Under the pieces are notes generated by a model that was not told where the DNA came from, searched no databases, and saw nothing but the letters and a program-made list of their open reading frames with translations. Shown piece by piece: positions 19,448 to 28,122 of a stretch of 37,330 nucleotides of DNA. Source of the stretch: an uncultured Gammaproteobacteria bacterium (GTDB lineage Bacteria; Patescibacteriota; Patescibacteriia; Veblenbacterales; UBA10138). Where the stretch lies: NCBI GenBank assembly GCA_964567515.1, contig CAZMMW010000002.1:1-37330 (forward strand), given 5' to 3'. The position numbers were made by a program, and so were the translations under genes. Numbering within the stretch: position 1 is the stretch's first letter; the number at the start of each line of letters is the position of its first letter.

Positions 19448-21190
19448 TCATTCTTGCGCTACCGAAATCACTTCTTCCAAAGAGGTAAGACCTGCCAACA
19501 ATTTAAAATAACCATCCTGCATTAAATTCGTTCCGCCTTGAGCTATAAATTCCTCTTTTAGTTCATAAGGTTTGGCCCCCTCCACAATGCATTTTTGTAA
19601 TTTAGGTGTATTTAACAAAACTTCACTAATAGCCACCCGTCCTTTATAACCAGTATTTTCACATTGATTGCAGCCCTTGGCTTTAAAAATTTGCCAAGGT
19701 TCTTTAGGTATTTCTTGTTTCGCTTCCTCGCCCATCATCTCAAATTCCTTCTTAATTTTAGCTACGATTTCAGCTGCTAAGTCAACTGGCTGTCGACAAC
19801 GTTCACAAAGACGCCTGGCTAAACGTTGAGCTACTATGACATTAATAGTAGAGGCTAGCAAAAACGGTTCTTGGTGCATATCTATCAAACGAGGAATGGC
19901 GCTAATAGCATCGTTAGTGTGCAAGGTAGAAAGTAAGATGTGTCCGGTGAGTGAAGTATGAATAGCCAACTCGGCTGTTTCGGGATCACGAATTTCTCCC
20001 ACCATAATAATATCCGGATCTTGGCGCAAAATAGACCTTAAACCCGAAGCAAAAGTATAACCAACTTCTGGATTAACTTGCGACTGGCTTACACCTGATA
20101 AAAAATATTCTACCGGGTCTTCTAAAGTAATAATATTAACGTCTTCATGATTTAAAATATTCAACACTGCATATAAGGTGGTGGTTTTGCCGCTGCCAGT
20201 GGGGCCAGTTACTAAAAACATACCATGTGGTTTATTAATGGCTTCGTTTAGTACTCGTAATTTATAACCAGTAAAGCCCAAACCTTCAAAAGTCCTGACG
20301 CCAGTAGTGGGGTCTAAAATACGCATGACTACTTTTTCGTTGCCCACCACCGGTAAAATAGAAACACGAAAATCAATTACTTTATTTAAGATTTTTAATC
20401 TAATACGTCCGTCTTGTGGTACACGGGTCTCATCAATTTTTAAGGTGGCTAATACTTTTACTCTAGACACCACGGCAGCGTGAATATATTTAGGTAAAGT
20501 TAATAAAGTATGCAGTACGCCATCTATTCTAAAACGCACCCTAGTATCTGCCTCGCCCGGCTCAATGTGCACATCCGACGCTCCCCGTTCCACCGCGTGC
20601 CGCAAAATCACCGACACCATTTTAGAAACTGGGGCTGCTTTGATAACTTGTTCAAAATCAATGATCTCTTTAGTTTCTCCTCGCAACGCTTTCTGATCTT
20701 CCTCTTCGGTCATTTTTAACACTTCTGACACTTCGGTCATGATGGTGCTATACTGTCTTAACACCTGCATTAAACTCTCGTTAGTAGTCAAAGCATAACG
20801 CGGTTTCCAACCATGCTGCCTCCCTAGTATCTCTACTGCTTCCAAAGCTTTAAAATTTTCTGGGTGCACCAAGGCCAGCCACACCTCATTGTTTTGCTGG
20901 CTAAAAGGAACGATCTGATAATATTGAGCAAACTCCAAGGGGATCAACTTTAAAACGTCACCTTTAATTTCTTGTTCACTTAACTCTACCGCCGGAAAAT
21001 TATAAAAAGAACTCTTGGCTTTTAATAAATCCGCTGGTAATATTTTTCCTTGTTCTAAAATAACATCTTCTAAGCTGCGTTTGTTAACTTCAGCTCGCTG
21101 ACGCAACTCTGTTAATTGACTGGCGGACAATATCCGCTGCTTAACTAAAAAATCACCCAGATCATTTTTAATAATTTTATTAGTGGTCAT
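19448..21190 (-). CDS. pilB: type IV pilus assembly ATPase PilB (GspE family)
   Basis: 580 aa with an N-terminal GSPII/MshE-like domain. Canonical GPTGSGKTTT, DPDIIMVGEIRD and TGHILLSTLHTND, plus the tetra-Cys CERC...CNQC. Confidence 0.95.
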   Translation of the reverse strand: MTTNKIIKNDLGDFLVKQRILSASQLTELRQRAEVNKRSLEDVILEQGKILPADLLKAKSSFYNFPAVELSEQEIKGDVLKLIPLEFAQYYQIVPFSQQNNEVWLALVHPENFKALEAVEILGRQHGWKPRYALTTNESLMQVLRQYSTIMTEVSEVLKMTEEEDQKALRGETKEIIDFEQVIKAAPVSKMVSVILRHAVERGASDVHIEPGEADTRVRFRIDGVLHTLLTLPKYIHAAVVSRVKVLATLKIDETRVPQDGRIRLKILNKVIDFRVSILPVVGNEKVVMRILDPTTGVRTFEGLGFTGYKLRVLNEAINKPHGMFLVTGPTGSGKTTTLYAVLNILNHEDVNIITLEDPVEYFLSGVSQSQVNPEVGYTFASGLRSILRQDPDIIMVGEIRDPETAELAIHTSLTGHILLSTLHTNDAISAIPRLIDMHQEPFLLASTINVIVAQRLARRLCERCRQPVDLAAEIVAKIKKEFEMMGEEAKQEIPKEPWQIFKAKGCNQCENTGYKGRVAISEVLLNTPKLQKCIVEGAKPYELKEEFIAQGGTNLMQDGYFKLLAGLTSLEEVISVAQE

Positions 21191-21328
21191 ATATTTTCTA
21201 CAATCTATTAAATGAATAGATCATTAATAAATGAGTGTATACTCTCTTTTTATCTAACATAATAAAACTCTTTTGATAAATTATGCCTTCTCCTTAATTT
21301 AATCTTGACTAAAGCTGTTTTGTTTTTA

Positions 21329-21664
21329 TCACCAATTCGTCGCTTTGGTATTAGCCGGAGTAGTAGAAATGAAAGGGTTAGGATTACCTGGAACAAGAGG
21401 TGTTATAGGCAGGTCAGCATAGTTCTCAAAATCTCTGACTCCCTCGCTGTTAAAAAAATTAGGATCAAAACCCTTGGTGTCAGGTAATTTGACACTGCCT
21501 TGATATAATTTAATTTGGGTTTTGGGTGACAAAGAAGGAACTAAAATACCTTTAGGCGCCAAAACTTTGGTATACAACAAATACAAAGTGCCTAACACTG
21601 CCGCTGCTAAGATAATAATCAAAATTACTAATTGGCTTTTAGGTAAACTTTTGGGTAATAACAT
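21329..21664 (-). CDS. small membrane-anchored protein of the pilMNO operon (PilP-position)
   Basis: 111 aa with a single N-terminal TM. Occupies the position after pilO. No recognisable motif. Confidence 0.45.
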   Translation of the reverse strand: MLLPKSLPKSQLVILIIILAAAVLGTLYLLYTKVLAPKGILVPSLSPKTQIKLYQGSVKLPDTKGFDPNFFNSEGVRDFENYADLPITPLVPGNPNPFISTTPANTKATNW

Positions 21665-21666
21665 AA

Positions 21667-22248
21667 TTAATGCGGATAATAATAACCGGTCACTTCTAAG
21701 GAAAAACCTTGGCTACTATAATTAATATTTTCTACTTGTAATAATCGCCAAGCTGTTTGCAACTCACCCAAAAAAGACTTTAAACTTTTATAATCGCCGC
21801 CTTGTAAATTAAGCAGCAAACGAACCTGCTTCACGCCACTGCTTGTTTCTATTCTTTTGCTGGCGCCAGTGGCAGAACTAATGGATAAAGACCGCAAAGG
21901 TAATTTAGAGCGAGCGGCTAAAGTTTCTATTTGCACTAATAAATTAGGCGCGTCTTCTACGGCCGGCAAAACTAACTGCAAATCATCACCCAACTGGCTT
22001 TTCATTTTCTGCCACTGTTTAATCTGTCCTTGCAGTTGAGAGAATTTTTCTTGCCGCTGAAATAATTGGGCCTGTAAATCACGAGCTTGTGTCATAGTAC
22101 GCCATTCCACAAATTTAGGCCACACTAAATACCAAATCATAATAATTACCACCAATAAAACTATAATCGTGGCCCACCATTTAAAATGCTTGGCCAAAGA
22201 AAGCTCTAAGCGGCTTGTTTGTTCGGTAATTTGTGATAATTGTACCAT
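21667..22248 (-). CDS. pilO: PilO-like pilus alignment protein
   Basis: 193 aa: TM helix, coiled coil (QARDLQAQLFQRQEKFSQLQGQIKQWQ), then a ferredoxin-like C-terminus. Follows pilN. Confidence 0.65.
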   Translation of the reverse strand: MVQLSQITEQTSRLELSLAKHFKWWATIIVLLVVIIMIWYLVWPKFVEWRTMTQARDLQAQLFQRQEKFSQLQGQIKQWQKMKSQLGDDLQLVLPAVEDAPNLLVQIETLAARSKLPLRSLSISSATGASKRIETSSGVKQVRLLLNLQGGDYKSLKSFLGELQTAWRLLQVENINYSSQGFSLEVTGYYYPH

Positions 22249-22259
22249 AAATGATTAAT

Positions 22260-23285
22260 TTATTTAGCCGAAATCCAGCCGGGAACTAATTTTAATTGAA
22301 AACTGCTAGTTACTGTAGTTTTTTTAGTTTCCGTACTTTCACCAACGCTAATACTGCCTAGTGCCACTTCGGCAATAACATTTTTAGCTTGTTGAAAAAT
22401 AACTAGTTGTTGGGCTATATCACTAACAGAATAAGCTTGTACTGGCAATACCGCCACGCCTTCACGGGTAACTGACAAAGAAGAATATTTGACATTAGAT
22501 AAAGTCAAATCCTCCAGAGTACTAAAAAACTTAAGCCAATCAGGGCGTTGTTTTACTAAATCCTTAATTAAAATCATACGTTGGCTAATCCGCTCTAATT
22601 CCGCTAAATCGTTTTTAGCCGATTCTATTTGTTGTACTAAAGTATGGGCATCCTCTTGTATTTTTTTAATTTCTACCTGTTCTAAAGTAATCAAAGTAAA
22701 CACTATACCATATAATAAACCAACTACTGCTGCGGTCGCTAAAACTACCAAACCTAACTTCTTTAAATAAAAAGGTATCTTACTAGCACGAGCAGTTAAA
22801 GGCAATAAATTAACGTCTAGTACTACCCCCAAAGGCACTTTGGGAAGCGGTGGAGCTGTCACTGGCTGATCAGCGGTTTTTGCTGGCGGTAGCGGAACGG
22901 CTTTACTGGGAATAACTTTATCTTTATCTTTGTTTTTGGTTGCGGATGGTGGCGGCACAAACGATTGAGCGCTAAAAAATTTTCTAAACCAATTTGTTTT
23001 AGACGCTTTTGTTTCCTTAATAGATTCTGTACCAATTTTTTTCTTAAACTCTATTTCTTCTTTGGCCGGCACAACTTTGGTAATATCTGGCACCCGATTA
23101 AACCAACTTTTTATTTTATTCCACCAGGAAGAAGCTTCTTCCGCTTCGGCTTCTTGCAATCTTTTAGCCAATACTGACGGCTGACTATATTTAGTAGGAA
23201 CCGACGAGACGGGCTTCTGACGCTCACTTTCCTCGCGTGAACGTAAGTTAGCTGGCAATAAATTGACATCTTTATCTTGTGGCAT
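22260..23285 (-). CDS. pilN: PilN-like protein with extended Pro/Lys-rich N-terminal region
   Basis: N-terminal VNLLPANLR motif, a central TM, then a coiled coil. Follows pilM. Confidence 0.65.
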   Translation of the reverse strand: MPQDKDVNLLPANLRSREESERQKPVSSVPTKYSQPSVLAKRLQEAEAEEASSWWNKIKSWFNRVPDITKVVPAKEEIEFKKKIGTESIKETKASKTNWFRKFFSAQSFVPPPSATKNKDKDKVIPSKAVPLPPAKTADQPVTAPPLPKVPLGVVLDVNLLPLTARASKIPFYLKKLGLVVLATAAVVGLLYGIVFTLITLEQVEIKKIQEDAHTLVQQIESAKNDLAELERISQRMILIKDLVKQRPDWLKFFSTLEDLTLSNVKYSSLSVTREGVAVLPVQAYSVSDIAQQLVIFQQAKNVIAEVALGSISVGESTETKKTTVTSSFQLKLVPGWISAK

Positions 23286-23289
23286 ATAT

Positions 23290-24378
23290 TTATTTATGAA
23301 TTTCCCTTAAAGCCAAGCCAACGGCTGTAGCCAAACGAGGACCAATCTCCTCCAAAACACCCTTTAGCTCTATAGGATATGATACTGCTTGCCAGGGATC
23401 TCCGATAATGGTCTTTAATTGAAAAATACTTTCTAAGTATTCTGGAAAATTAGGTAAAAACCCAGAACCGCCAGTCACTACAATCTTTTCTACAGTATGA
23501 ATGCCTTGGGCCTGATATAATGATAAAGAATATTTCAACTCGTTAATTACCGGCGAAATAGTATCTCTGATAACATTAGGCACATTACTACCCGGGCTGG
23601 TGTTAATTACCCCTACATCACGTTTAAATTGCTCTGCTCGATTAGCATCTATGTTTAAACTAGCGGCTATAGCTTTAGTAACTGTTACCCCTCCCACGTC
23701 TACACTGCGATTTAATACTGGAATATGATTCTCCACAATCACAAGATCTGTAGTCAAAGCGCCAATATCTAAAATAGCTATCGCTCCTGCTTCTGCCCCC
23801 AACAATGCCCTACCCAAGGCAAAAGCTTCTGTTTCTAAACTTAATAATTCAATATTGGCCTGACTGAAAATTTCCAAATATTGTTTAACTAAACTTTTAG
23901 GCGCAGCCGTTAACAACACTCTAATGCCTTTATCTTTTTTAGCTGCCAAAGAAATAACGGCTCTTTTGTCTTTTGGTTCTGCGGATGAAGTTGCTTCTCT
24001 TAAAGTCTTCCAATCTAAAATCATTTCTTCTAATGGAATAGGAACTATTTTTTTTGCTTCATAATTTAAGGCTTGCCCCACTTCTCGTTCATTCATCACC
24101 GGCAAAGTTAACACTGAACTGAATACGGAAAAAGTAGGCAAAGCAGCCACTGCTTTGTTGCTGGTCACTTTGGCTCGCTGACAAATGGCGACTAAGGTTC
24201 TGGCGGTGCGCTCAATTTTATCATGCACATTAAATTTAATTTCCTCCACCGGCAGTTCGGCCAAACCATAAGTTTCTAGTTTGGCTTGCCCGCCCATGTT
24301 AGCCAATTCCACTACTTTTATAGAGGCGGTGCCTAAATCAATACCTAAATATGATTGTTTTTTAGCAAATAATGACAT
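23290..24378 (-). CDS. pilM: type IV pilus assembly protein PilM (actin-like ATPase fold)
   Basis: LGIDLGTASIKVVEL phosphate-1 motif, DIGALTTDL and VTGGSG. Confidence 0.9.
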   Translation of the reverse strand: MSLFAKKQSYLGIDLGTASIKVVELANMGGQAKLETYGLAELPVEEIKFNVHDKIERTARTLVAICQRAKVTSNKAVAALPTFSVFSSVLTLPVMNEREVGQALNYEAKKIVPIPLEEMILDWKTLREATSSAEPKDKRAVISLAAKKDKGIRVLLTAAPKSLVKQYLEIFSQANIELLSLETEAFALGRALLGAEAGAIAILDIGALTTDLVIVENHIPVLNRSVDVGGVTVTKAIAASLNIDANRAEQFKRDVGVINTSPGSNVPNVIRDTISPVINELKYSLSLYQAQGIHTVEKIVVTGGSGFLPNFPEYLESIFQLKTIIGDPWQAVSYPIELKGVLEEIGPRLATAVGLALREIHK

Positions 24379-24458
24379 TTATTTATCGCTCTTTTGTTTT
24401 AAAACCCAAGCTTCTTAAATTATAGCACCGCCAATTATAAATTAGAATAATAAGATGT

Positions 24459-24545
24459 TAATTTTCAATTCTCAATTACCAATTCTCAATTAAGTGAAAT
24501 TTGGAAAATTGGAGCTTGTTTGAAAATTGATAATTGATAATTCTT
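24459..24545. repeat. imperfect palindrome of the caatt/aattg family (unoccupied version of the 16553/16971 arms)
   Basis: aattttcaattctcaattaccaattctcaatt ... ggagcttgtttgaaaattgataattgataatt. The segment caaacaagctccaatt also occurs next to the left arm at 16580-16595. Confidence 0.65.
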
Positions 24546-24574
24546 AAACTCGTACTTCCTTCGCTCTTCACTTC

Positions 24575-26641
24575 TCATTGTCTACTAAAAGTCGGCAAGC
24601 CCTTGGCAAAATCAGTCATGCCCGGCGGCGGATTTAACTGCAAACGTCCATCAGCAATAAACTTTTCCGAAGCCTCGCCAGGATCAGCAGGATTAGTAAA
24701 AATTCTGGTTAAATTAAACTGTCTGGCAAACACTGTGCCCAGTACGGTCAGAGATGTAGGCGATGTTGAATCATCGCCGCTTTGGAAAATGCCACAACCA
24801 TCAAATAATCCTTTATTGTCAGCCTGCCAAACTCGACATTTAGGTAAGAGCCCGCACAAAGCCGGAGGACGGCCGCAAACAGAATTATCAATACAGCTTA
24901 AACCAATATTATTGCCAGTTAAACAAGCCTTAGCTGTGCCATAATTCCAGCGATGTCCTAAAATAATGAAATTACCAGCCAACTGTTTAACAGCGGGGTT
25001 TACTATCACATCCCCCAACACTATCCACACTACTGAAGCTAAATTTTGTCTGGTAACAGACCCTCCCACCATACTTGCATAATTAACATTACCCTCAATA
25101 TGTAAATCTCCCAGAACAATAACCGTACCAGCGCCCGAATCCTTACCAGCGCCATTTTGAATTTCCGTTGCTCCCAAAACAACATGCTTGCCCGGCGTGG
25201 CATAGCTAGAGTTAAATATGCCCATATCGCCAACTACATACACTTTATTATTTAAAGAATGACTAAAAATGGAATTAATATCATGAATTGGCACCTGAAC
25301 CACTTCATGATTATAGCGGTTAAGATTATTATTAACTTGCTTGGCCAAGCCCAAAAAATCAAACCGTCCTAATTTAAAGTTATAAGGCTCGCCCGTGTCG
25401 CTGGCCGGACTTAAATTAAGTTTGACGCCAGTTAAACGACATACTGGGTCGGAAGCCTGAAGCTCGCACTGAGTGGAAAAACGGCTGCTAATACTAGCAT
25501 TCTCGCCTACATGCACCAAGTACTGGGCGTTCCTAATATCTCTAGGCGCGGGAAAGTAAGTTTGAATGCCTTTTAAGCTAAAGACATCTCCGCCTTCCAC
25601 CCGCAAATAGGGAAAAATAATATCAACCACATTACAAGATCCGCCAAAACAAATCCAACCGGCGCCGTAAGCGTCAGTTAAACTGCAAGTGCCGCCCGGA
25701 CAATTAGTATTATTAATACAAGCCGAACCGTTGTTAGCGCCATAACGACAAAGTTTAACCACTGGTTCAGTCTGCCAAGCATAACCTTCTATTTTGCTGT
25801 TGTCTAAATCTACTGTTAAACCATAACTTCTTTTATCAGTACATAAAAAATTGGTTGAATTACTATCACAATTCTTAGAACTCAAAGAAATCCAACCCCG
25901 CCCCTTAGGTTCAGCTAAAATTTTAGCCCAACCGCCATTAACCGGGGCCATGACGGTTTCATTACAATCTGGCGTGCCATCAGGAGTCCCTTTTGGGCCG
26001 GTAACATCTTCACAATAAAAAGTAATGTCTAAAGACTGATTGCCCGGCGGACGGTCGCCGGCTAGCAGCTTGCCCTGGCAAGCCGAACCAAAACAAATCC
26101 AGCCCCAAGCGCCGGGTGCTACGCAACTGCCCCCCGGGCAATCGCTGTTAGTTGTACAACGGTTGCCTTTGTTACTGCCGCTATTACATAACCTGCCGGC
26201 TGCTGGCACTGGACCATGCCACGCCATACCAGAAATAGCGCCGCCGGTAGGATTAGGATTCTGGTCAAACTGGTCAAAAGTTAAATGAGAAATAGCGCCG
26301 CCGGTAGGATTAGGATTCTGGTCAAAAGTTAATTTTAAGCCATAATCAACACCAGCGGTGGTAATACACGGATCCGGATTCGGCAACTCATTTAATTTAG
26401 TACAATTTTGCGCATTTAAAGAAATCCAGCCGGCATTAGAAAGTTTATAATTAGCTCCATCGCCAATCGCCGCATTACCCATCCAAGCCCAGCCAGTAAT
26501 GTTATTGGTCTCGGCTGCTTGAGCTGAAGATGCGGCAGGGGAAGATAAAGAAGCCAACAAAAAAACAGACACGCTAGATACTGCCAAAAGAATAATGGTC
26601 GTAATACCTGTCCAATATAAAATTTGTATTTGTTTTATCAT
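24575..26641 (-). CDS. large secreted Cys-rich repeat protein, pilus-locus associated
   Basis: ATG at 26641 (MIKQIQILYW...) gives a signal-like N-terminus ending SSAQA. Contains 26 Cys and two C-x6/7-G-x2-C-x5-CPGG(S/T)C-...-GWICFG(S/G)xC modules. Four G(W/Y/M)AW...GWIS(L)/GWICF repeats. Beta-helix-like C-terminal half. Confidence 0.8.
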   Translation of the reverse strand: MIKQIQILYWTGITTIILLAVSSVSVFLLASLSSPAASSAQAAETNNITGWAWMGNAAIGDGANYKLSNAGWISLNAQNCTKLNELPNPDPCITTAGVDYGLKLTFDQNPNPTGGAISHLTFDQFDQNPNPTGGAISGMAWHGPVPAAGRLCNSGSNKGNRCTTNSDCPGGSCVAPGAWGWICFGSACQGKLLAGDRPPGNQSLDITFYCEDVTGPKGTPDGTPDCNETVMAPVNGGWAKILAEPKGRGWISLSSKNCDSNSTNFLCTDKRSYGLTVDLDNSKIEGYAWQTEPVVKLCRYGANNGSACINNTNCPGGTCSLTDAYGAGWICFGGSCNVVDIIFPYLRVEGGDVFSLKGIQTYFPAPRDIRNAQYLVHVGENASISSRFSTQCELQASDPVCRLTGVKLNLSPASDTGEPYNFKLGRFDFLGLAKQVNNNLNRYNHEVVQVPIHDINSIFSHSLNNKVYVVGDMGIFNSSYATPGKHVVLGATEIQNGAGKDSGAGTVIVLGDLHIEGNVNYASMVGGSVTRQNLASVVWIVLGDVIVNPAVKQLAGNFIILGHRWNYGTAKACLTGNNIGLSCIDNSVCGRPPALCGLLPKCRVWQADNKGLFDGCGIFQSGDDSTSPTSLTVLGTVFARQFNLTRIFTNPADPGEASEKFIADGRLQLNPPPGMTDFAKGLPTFSRQ

Positions 26642-26655
26642 AAACAAGCATTTCT

Positions 26656-26684
26656 ATTATATCACAATTTTCATATTTTAGCAA
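26656..26684 (-). promoter_or_regulatory. sigma70-like promoter with extended -10 for the Cys-rich protein gene
   Basis: On the minus strand: TTGCTA, a 17-nt spacer, then TGaTATAAT. The -10 ends only 14 nt before the ATG, implying a very short leader. Confidence 0.45.
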
Positions 26685-26803
26685 TAATTAATCAATACTC
26701 TGCGACTATTAACAAAAATTGACACTTATCCCATGCTTAATTGTTATTTGATATACAATGGAGTTAGAAGATAGTAATTTTAGAAGCTAGAAGCTGGAAT
26801 CAA

Positions 26804-27055
26804 GTTCAGGATGACAGTCTCCTCCTGTCATCCTGAACATTCCCTTTTTGTCATCCTGAGCGCCAAGCGAAGGATCTCATGGACGATAGGGTTTTAACCA
26901 GGGGATGTTTCGCTAATACTCAACATGACAATGTTTCCTGTCATTCTGAGGCTTCAGCCGAAGAATCTAAGAGATGTTTTGTTAGCGCTTAACATGACAT
27001 ATAATAAAAAACTGATTCTGATGTTCTAGAATCGGCTTGAATTGATATAAGGTAC
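26804..27055. repeat. R1-L: array of a roughly 100-bp palindromic unit (tgtcatYctgag...ctcaacatgaca) plus a hairpin tail
   Basis: Near-identical to 36883-37219 apart from one extra unit there. Opens with a perfect 13-bp inverted repeat, gttcaggatgaca / tgtcatcctgaac (26804-26838). Confidence 0.85.
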
Positions 27056-27149
27056 ATCTGAATATAATTTTATTTAAAAAATCAATTTTGACTAATCTTA
27101 TAAAATTTTTTATCTTGTCAAAAGTCGTTATTTATGATAGCATACAGTT

Positions 27150-27395
27150 ATGCAAGCCTTACCTGATTTTTTTAAATCCATTCTTTGGTCTTATCGTTTG
27201 GCTGATTGTGATCCTCAAAAAATGAAACGGGTAATTATTCGTCAAGCCTTTGCTTATGGCGCCTTAGCTCATTGGCAATGGGTTTGCCGTTATTATGGCA
27301 AGTCGGAGGTTATTAGAATTCTTAAAAGTTTTGACTCCCGAGTCGTGCGTGAGAAAACTTTAAATTTAGCCGTCGCTCTGTTAGATTTAAACTAA
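27150..27395 (+). CDS. small protein upstream of AbiEii, putative cognate antitoxin-like partner
   Basis: 81 aa ending 3 nt before the toxin ATG. The sequence ILWSY...DP.K....II.Q...YG.L..W.W...YG resembles small proteins I recall being paired with AbiEii genes. Confidence 0.45.
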   Translation: MQALPDFFKSILWSYRLADCDPQKMKRVIIRQAFAYGALAHWQWVCRYYGKSEVIRILKSFDSRVVREKTLNLAVALLDLN

Positions 27396-27398
27396 ACT

Positions 27399-28022
27399 AT
27401 GTTTCCGCAAGCGCTAGATCATGCCACACAGGTCGTTTGGGATCAATGCGGTTTTTTTTCGGATTGTTATTTAGCTGGCGGTACAGCGCTGGCTTTGCAA
27501 TTAGGTCATCGCCGCTCGGTTGATCTGGATTTCTTTTTTAACGAGCCGATTAAACGAATGTTTTTACCGCTAATTGAAAAAAAATTACAATCGTCAGCCG
27601 CTTTGCTGGTTAACACCGCCGATGAGTTAACCGTTACCATCTTGGGTGTTAAAATTACTTGTTTGTATTACCCCTTTACTTTGCTTGAGCCGGTTATTCC
27701 TACAACTGTTATTCCTTTGGCCGGAGTGCGCGACCTAGCCTCTATGAAAGCTTATGCTTTAGGTCGGCGACAATCACTTAAAGACTACGTTGATCTTTAT
27801 GTTATTTTGACGCGCGGTTTAATTTCTCTCCCAGTCTTATTGGCTGATTCCAAGGTCAAGTACGGAGATTTATTTAATGACCGGGTTTTTTTGGAACAGC
27901 TTTTATATACTGCTGATTTAGAGCCAGAGGCGATAGATTGGCTTGTGCCGAAAGTAGAGGTAGAAGAAATTAAGAGTTTTTTTACCGAATTGGTTAATAA
28001 TCACAAAAACGATCTGCTTTAA
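27399..28022 (+). CDS. nucleotidyltransferase AbiEii/AbiGii toxin family protein
   Basis: N-terminal YLAGGTALALQLGHRRSVDLDFF motif is typical of the family. Confidence 0.75.
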   Translation: MFPQALDHATQVVWDQCGFFSDCYLAGGTALALQLGHRRSVDLDFFFNEPIKRMFLPLIEKKLQSSAALLVNTADELTVTILGVKITCLYYPFTLLEPVIPTTVIPLAGVRDLASMKAYALGRRQSLKDYVDLYVILTRGLISLPVLLADSKVKYGDLFNDRVFLEQLLYTADLEPEAIDWLVPKVEVEEIKSFFTELVNNHKNDLL

Positions 28023-28122
28023 TATTTTATAGTTCATTTTAATAAGTTGTTTAAATAAAATACCCCATTCCGATTATTCAGAAGGGGTGTATTGGGTTAA
28101 AAAAACAAAAGTTATTTAAGAT

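Noticed and set aside
2240-22770. Many 60-100 aa ORFs in the track lie antisense to, or overlap, the large minus-strand genes. Examples: 2240-2473, 3206-3463, 3383-3577, 3991-4209, 6930-7112, 7362-7589, 10651-10899, 12405-12596, 13664-13927, 14117-14320, 16066-16478, 17239-18150, 18362-18556, 20510-20719, 21305-21725, 21857-22039, 22489-23177.
   Set aside because: - They are fully embedded in well-supported genes with recognisable family motifs.
- They have no SD sequences and low-complexity or biased composition.
- This is typical shadow-ORF behaviour in AT-rich DNA.
24534-26288. ORFs 24534-24944 (+), 25039-25233 (-) and 26040-26288 (+) inside the Cys-rich protein gene.
   Set aside because: They are shadow frames of the 688-aa gene. 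The Pro/Gly/Ala-rich translations reflect the antisense of Gly/Cys/Pro codons, and there are no start signals.
26804-27055. Whether the R1 arrays (and the R2 copies) could be a CRISPR array.
   Set aside because: - R1 units abut each other with no unique spacers.
- R1 units are about 100 bp with strong internal dyad symmetry and variable sequence.
- R2 copies are 3-4 kb apart.
- No cas genes are present.
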